A DNA stretch of 64,000 bases from Trichoplax adhaerens (taxonomy: Eukaryota; Animalia; Placozoa): NCBI RefSeq assembly GCF_000150275.1, contig NW_002060945.1, positions 6,811,607 to 6,875,606 on the forward strand. The letters are read 5' to 3'. Within the stretch, counting starts at the first letter, position 1. Every line of letters begins with the position of its first letter. The notes below the pieces were generated by a model. The model ran no database searches. It was not told the DNA's origin and worked only from the letters and a program-made list of their open reading frames with translations. Position numbers and translations under genes: made by a program. Positions 57,598-64,000 of the stretch are shown here, in pieces.

Positions 57598-58668
57598 GAT
57601 CGATAATTCACAACACACGCCGTTTTAAAATTGATAGCAAATTTTCCTACAATCAAGTCCTGCACGAAATAATAGATGATGATGTGTGTGTAGAGTGTAA
57701 AAACGGATGCAAACACTTATCAGATATGCGCATATTGCCAATATAAATAAAAGCCGTAATTAATATTAATTACCATAACATATATAGCTAACAATAGCTG
57801 CACGGCGTTACTAGTGCGAAAAATAAATACATAATTAAAAGTACTATACTATGGAATAACTTTTTAAATATCGAGGCTTTGGCCATTCTAAAGTCGACGA
57901 TGACCTTCCACATTGGCAGTTTCACACATTAAAGTAATTTTTTAATTGTTAATTTCTATCTGCTTCGATTTTATAGCCCTCTTATACGAAACCTTCTTTT
58001 CTTTTATAATAATATAAAAAATAAAGAATTAATTAAAAAGCCCAACCGGTACTGGTACTTTACTTTGATTCTATAGCTGTCACATACAGGTTAATTTTTC
58101 GTCACTAATAGAAGATAAATAAATGATGGTCCAAACTTGATCTTTAAGCTGAATACTAAACTAAAAACTTATAAGCAAATAAAATTTGATAATAAAAGAT
58201 TTTATTATACATCACGATGTAATAAGTCAATGAAAATATAAAATGTATATTATCATGCAATCTTGACATTTATTTATAACAAATCGTGCTAGAGATTGCA
58301 AATTATGGTTACTATACAGCCATTTTGAAGATGTTAAGCTGAAAATATAAGTGCAAATATCAGGTATCCCCGATGCGATACAGGATACTATTACCTAAAC
58401 CTTATCACCTTAATATTTTAAATTTATAAAATGATCAAAATATCATTCGCTGCAGTCCGCTGTATTTCAATTACAGTTAACTTTTATACGGAAGATAAAG
58501 AGCCATACGATTCGCAAAAATGTACCATAACAAAGTAAATCATTACCTAAACCTTACATATACAGTATTGAAGACATTGCAATGCTAACAAGACTTAAAG
58601 GAATACTTTAATATTATTGGAGGTGTAATAAACAAATCCTTCAAAGTAAAACTATTGCAAGCTATTTG

Positions 58669-61600
58669 TCAGCCGCGTCGAAATATTTTTTTGCTGCCTT
58701 CTTTGGCCTTATTGAAGATCCGATTAATAGAAGAATATGCTTTCTTCATTTGTCGATTATAATATATTCCCATGTTTCTTAACCACAGTGAATTCCTGGG
58801 AAACCAATGGTTGGATAACGTTGAGCTCTTTTGAGCCGCACCATTCTTGTCCGTCTTTTCATCTACTACCCACTTCTTCTCAAGTATCTGTGCTAGCCGA
58901 GCTTCGTCAGTATGTCCATTTGCAGGAAATGAAGTTTTAGGCGATTTTGGCTCTGATTTCTCTTGAATATTGTTTTTATTAGTTTTCTTTTCATCTGTTA
59001 ATTTAGTTTTCTTTTCATCTGTTAATTCAGTTTTCTTTTCATCTGTTAATATATTTGTAGTATCTTTACTCTTTCCCATTAGCCAACTCAACCTAAACTT
59101 ATCGGCATACCCCATTCCCTTCTTTCTACCCATTACCCAGCTTGTCGCTTTCTTGCTTTTTTTGGATATCCATGTCAACCAGGATTGAGAAGTGTGTTTA
59201 TTTTCAGCTAAAAAATCCCTAGATGATTCGTCCTTCTTATGTATCTTATCTGCATCGATCTTCCTTTCACTTTTATCAGCAGGTCTATTTTCAGGGGTGG
59301 AATGCTTCGATAATTGGCTATCTTTTTGAATTGTCTCTTTATAGCTAGATGGACTACTAGATGCACCTAGTGGTCCACGCCAGTTTATAATATTCTTACT
59401 CTTTTCAGATATCCATGTTAACCAGGTCTTTGTAGCGGATCCAGTTCTCCGCAACCAGCTGTTGTTATTAGGTTCTGTGTTATTTTTGATTCCATTTTTG
59501 TTGTTTTCCTTTGTACCTGTTACCCAACTCATAAAATTCTTGCTTGTTCCAGTTATCCATTCTAGCCAAGTCTTATCAGCACATTTTCTTTCAACTTTAG
59601 CCTGAATAAGTAGTTTGTTTACTCCTTTAGTTAGTTTAGATAATTCATTCTCTATGGAAGCAATCCACTTTTGAGTGGCAAGGTTGTATTTAGTCTTATT
59701 GTAATAATTTGTGTCTGCAAATTTTTGCAATAGTGCGTTGCACTTGTTTAATGGGTCATTGCCAACTTCATGCCTTAGACATTCCACGTATTCATTTATA
59801 TTATAGATTAACACAGAAAAATGTTTTTGTAAGAATACCTCATTAGTAACACAAATATCGCTCGGTTTTTCCACGTTGTGGGTGTCGTTTTCGCATTTTA
59901 ATGACATCTCATTGGCAATAATATGCTTAGAAGATCCTTGAAACATAGGAAACATAATCATCATGCTAATCAAGCAGACAATCACAGCAATAATGGTGTA
60001 GCTTGAAGGTGCTAGTAACTCTTTCTTGCACCCAATAGTAACGACTTTTTTATTTTGATTGATTGATTCAATTAGGGCAGACTTGTTAGGAATAATGCCA
60101 CTCGGTTCCGTCATTTCGCTTTCAGACAAAAAGTTAGAATCTGCCTCCATCACATCCGGTACAATCTGGTTAACTGATGTTGTATCATTATCGGTAGTTA
60201 ATTCTACAGCCTCGTCTGCCTGAGCAATAATCGTAGACTCATTTTTCTCAGATTTATTATCAGAATTTAAGGAAGCTTCGATTTGACTGCATTGCGTATC
60301 TTGGTCTACATCGGTGAGGGTGCTGTCATCCACTAAGCAATAACTATCTGCATCACTGATTATAGCTTTATCGTCAGTATTGAGTAAAAAATGAGTGATG
60401 TCGCTACTGGAAATGTTAGGGCTATCTAAGCTACTTTGCGTGTTTAAAACAAAATAGCCACTTATATCTGATGATGAGTCCACGTCCGAATCAATTGGAT
60501 CCTAATAAGATCAAAATTTAAAAAAGAGAACTTAGCTTCATTATCGATTAGTAATTTACGCTACGTTTACATATAGAAATCTAAAAGTGCAACATGTATA
60601 CGCGCATAGTTGAACACCGAAGGACAAACAACATCGACAACGCTGAGCAAAATACCGATAATCCCCAAACGAACAGGGAAATGATCAGAGGATTTTTAAA
60701 ATAAAGCAGACAAACAATCATAACCACTGAAACTAGAAACATGGCAAGCTCTTGTCAGCCGAAACTGAAGTAAAATTGATATCCTGATCAAAATAATAAT
60801 TAATTGTTACAGGAGATGATGATCAATTGCTGATCTTATTCGTAGGGTAATTTTAACTATCAACCAGATAAGAGGGGTATCATTATCCATTACAATAGTT
60901 AAAATATAATATACTGTACAATGTGCATGTCCTTTTTAACTGATCATCAATAAGTTTTAAGTTTTAATCTACAAAATGACTAGTTAAAAAGAGAACTAAT
61001 TTGATTCCTTGATATCATTGGTGCTGTCTGCTGACAAGCGGATCAGACAGTAGCATCATCTACAATATAATGTACATTTATTATACGTATAGTAGGCATT
61101 TTCTGGAATTGAGATTTTCCCTCGACTAATATAACTATAATTAACCTAAGAAGAAGGATCCCACCATTCATTGCAACATCATACGAGTCCATGTCCTTCT
61201 TGCAGATCATGAACATGCTATCGTATAAAATGAGTCTGCTAGAAAGGAGAAGTGATTCGATCTTTCTATTCCTGACAAGCTAAGTGCATTACTACTACTG
61301 TGGTCACTGTGATGGCTGTCGAAAGTATTTCTACAATACGTAGAAAGGAAAGACTTAACGATGGATTCGCAATAATCTGATAGTAAATTACGTACCGTAA
61401 ATTATAATATACTAGTAGAACCAATGCTCGTTATACTTTGCGTACTGCATTATATCTGCTTGTGACAAAAATTAATTTAATCTCTTCGCGCCAGGACTAA
61501 CAAGGAGAGTTGCATACAAATATATTAATTCTTAATTGCTAGTTACTGTAGTTACAATCGGTAAAAAACAAAGATTTAAACAGTTAATTTCAATAATATG

Positions 61601-61861
61601 ACAATAAACTATATAACGTAGATCTTTATGGAATCATTTCGATCTCTAGTTCTATTCTTCATTTTGCCTACGCAATCGACTACCATCAGCAAGGTTAATC
61701 CCAAATGTATGCAATCATTTTTCAACTGTACCGCATTTGGAATTGAATATTAGGTGTTAAACTAGTTTTTTGACTTCTTTACAACATCAATCAATCCTAA
61801 TAAAACTTACAAAATTGTTGTCATCTTCCTTTAGCCCCTTCACATCGTGAGTAACACTCAT
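58669..61861 (-). CDS. Single-pass membrane protein, full-length copy 2 (~627 aa), putative CCPG1/PBXIP1-like
   Basis: Exon 1 is 61861-61811 (MSVTHDVKGLKEDDNNF, donor GTAAGT), phase 0 to exon 2 at 60501-58669. Acidic Ser/Asp-rich N-terminus, TM at ~60000-59941 preceded by lysines, then a helical and Lys/Trp-rich C-terminus. The CDS is solid; the family call is inference. Confidence 0.8.
58981..59050 (-). repeat. 24-nt coding tandem repeat x3 (LTDEKKT unit)
   Basis: AGTTTTCTTTTCATCTGTTAAT occurs three times; copy 1 has one unit near 54491-54511. Confidence 0.9.
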
Positions 61862-62121
61862 GATGGATAATTTACAACATCAATCGCTTTAAAATTGGTA
61901 GCAAAAATTTCAACAATCAAGTTTTGTACGAAACAAAATAATAGATGATGACTGTCTACTAGGTGAAAAAATGATGCAATGTAAATAAATACCGCAATTA
62001 ATAATAAACGAGTATATAATTAATTAACTGAAGAGACCAACCGGTAGTTTACTTCCTGTACAGTCTACTACTGTGGATCATAAAACACTCGACTTTTCAG
62101 TGCATACTATATACTGTATGT

Positions 62122-62395
62122 GGACTTTGCAGGCATAGTTGTACAATGCACTGCACATTTACATATGGGGCAGAACGATGACGTATCTATAGTAGTTTGG
62201 GGAAAGCTTCCGACTTTTCTTTCAGGACCTTCTTTAACCCCTAGTGCTGCTGTTAGCGGGGGGTTACGAGGGAAGGCTCTGATCTAGTATTTTGGACCTT
62301 CCCTTCGCATAAACGGTCAGCACTGGGGTAGCTTAATTTTTGTCTGTGAACGGCACCCGATATGGGAAACTCTAGTAGGAGTGCTGTAGCAGTCC
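62122..62395. ncRNA. Candidate structured RNA or fold-back element, family unknown
   Basis: GC-rich island with nested complementary arms: 62122-62136/62381-62395, 62237-62254/62312-62329 and 62267-62276/62297-62307. Confidence 0.35.
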
Positions 62396-63493
62396 TCAGT
62401 GTTCTACAGTATTGGACTATGGACTACTAAAAAAGGAAATGGTCTCCATGATTAGACTTTTTAATTCATTTTTTTTAATCCATCGAGAGAAATATTTTGA
62501 ACAATTAGAGACTTGGCTAATACAAAGTAAACTCATTTTCACTAATAATAATTATAATTCGTATAGATATACAGTATCTCGTATATGCAGTACTAGCTGA
62601 GATACCCATTCGAAATGAACTTCGAAAAGCATTACAGACTTTACTAACATATGATAAATAAGGAACGTTTAGGAGTAAATGTGATACACAGTATAGTAGT
62701 TCGTCCATATTAGTAAGCGGTGGACAATTAAATTGTACAGTAAAAGTATGGACCACTAGAAAAAACAGTAGTGGTCCATGATTAAAGGTAAAAGTATAAG
62801 TACGCAAAGTGTAGCGAGCGAGAGATCGACTAGTAAGAATCATTTACTGAAAATTGTACATTCTACTATTCAATTTGATATAACAGCGAATAAAATGGAG
62901 ACCTATGCTAAGCAATTATCAAAATTATTTATTTCATATGATAGGAAAACAATTCGACACGCATACGTGTATAAAGACTACAACTCGTGTCAATATGTCA
63001 GCATGTTGCAATTGTAATATCAAATAGTTCACAATTCATAACATAAAAACGCAGTATCTTAAAAGTAAGAACCAAAACGGGCTAAAATTAAATGTATAAC
63101 CGATAGATTTAAAAAAATGGATATAACATCCAATCAGAACAGTAATTCAAACTCTAAAAAGTCTAATACAGCCGTTATCAGTCAATGTTGCGCTTCATAA
63201 GAGTGCGCCAAATGAAATTTTTACATTTTATTAACTTTAGATTTGTTCAAAATGACTAATTATTATATCAACTTTCTGCAAGATTATAATCCAGCTATAA
63301 AAAAATCATTCCATTATGCAAAAACTGTCCAGATATACAGTACGTATATCACCTTTTGGATAAATTATCAATCTGTACAAAAACTACATCTAAATTTATC
63401 CGAAATTGTACATGTGGTCATGTACTGAATTAAAACCATGTTATCAGTATACGAGTATTACATATGATAATTATACAAGTAAAAATAACAATA

Positions 63494-64000
63494 TTAAGAA
63501 TCACCGGCATTATCACCTAACTCTTGCGTGGTATCACCGGCATTATCTTTTAACTCTTGCGTAGTACCACTGGCATTATCCTTTAACTCTTGTGTGGTAT
63601 CTCTGATATTATTATTATCTAATTCTTGCGTAATATCACCCGTCACTTTCATTTCACTTTTTAGAGCATCTTTCACGAACGGTTCAAGTCGTTCTTCTAA
63701 ACTATGGCCCATCAAATCTTTTCTGGTAATGATACCAGAAATCCTAGAACAATAAGCTTAGAGTTATCATCAAACTTTAACAGCTACCGTATACGTATCG
63801 ACTTGTATAAATTAACGGAATGATCATACCTGTTACTAGTGTCGGTAACAATTAAGTGTCTGGAAAGCAATAGAGATCGAATTAGGTACAATTTAAAAGA
63901 AGACAAATTTTATACCAACCATAAAATTGTCAAAAAATATACCTTAAGCCAAGAGTTCGAAAGAGAGCGTAAACTCTATACAAGGAATATGACTCTGGTA
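63494..64000 (-). CDS. CLC-family chloride channel/antiporter, C-terminal CBS2 domain and tail (5' end outside window)
   Basis: Exons 64000-63943, 63859-63830 and 63743-63494 give PESYSLYRVYALFRTLGLRHLIVTDTSNRISGIITRKDLMGHSLEERL, the FRxLGLRHL...GIITRKDL signature of the CLC-6/7-related branch. Confidence 0.88.
63499..63642 (-). repeat. 33-nt coding tandem repeat, about 4 units (TTQELKDNAGD) in the CLC tail
   Basis: ATCACCGGCATTATC...TAACTCTTGCGTGGT units; translation DITQELDNNNIR-DTTQELKDNAS-GTTQELKDNAG-DTTQELGDNAG. Confidence 0.9.

Larger units (their letters stand above)
53770..62060. repeat. Tandem segmental duplication: two ~4-kb units (about 53770-58170 and 58175-62060)
   Basis: Colinear similarity over 3' flank, CDS, the ~1.2-1.3 kb intron and 5' flank. 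Example: GCAAATAAAATTTGAT.ATAAAAGATTTTAT at ~53770 and ~58175. Confidence 0.95.

Noticed and set aside
54473-59188. Plus-strand ORFs (145, 78, 76, 67 and 72 aa)
   Set aside because: Antisense shadows of the minus-strand duplicated genes.
53770-62060. Duplication as a haplotype assembly artefact
   Set aside because: The copies differ by many substitutions and indels, including a 285-nt segment and nonsense changes, more than expected for alleles; read depth would confirm.
62232-62329. Telomerase RNA (TAACCCCTA and a GCTG/GTCAGC pairing)
   Set aside because: No CTAACCCTAA template for TTAGGG upstream of the fold and no U-rich triple-helix strand.
62199-62372. RNase P/MRP, U3, U5 or U11 identity for the structured island
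   Set aside because: Only partial resemblances; the invariant motifs (GAAAGUCCCC, U3 box A GGATCA, U5 loop GCCTTTTAC) are absent.

Overview
AT-rich eukaryotic genomic DNA with many short introns (about 60-250 nt) and one assembly gap. The gene content is that of a compact-genome animal; a placozoan such as Trichoplax is my inference from intron size and base composition, not proven. Reading splice sites by hand gives nine protein-coding loci, in order: the 3' part of URB1 (+); a complete 6-coding-exon follistatin (+) inside about 16 kb and 8 kb of apparently gene-free flanks; PIGB (+) with one AT-AC and probably one GT-AG U12-type intron; a 79-aa Cks gene (-) missed by the ORF track; ARMC6 (+); PARP16 (-); a 71-aa PIGBOS1 microprotein (+); two tandem copies of a single-pass membrane protein that I infer to be CCPG1/PBXIP1-like (-); and the 3' end of a CLC chloride channel (-). 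The most notable signal is a tight PARP16-PIGBOS1-CCPG1-like block of ER-stress/ER-phagy genes, linked to PIGB and Cks as in human 15q21 and 1q21. A GC-rich, extensively self-pairing ~275-nt element at 62.1-62.4 kb matches no RNA family I can recognise. All family calls are from remembered motifs; no database search was run.
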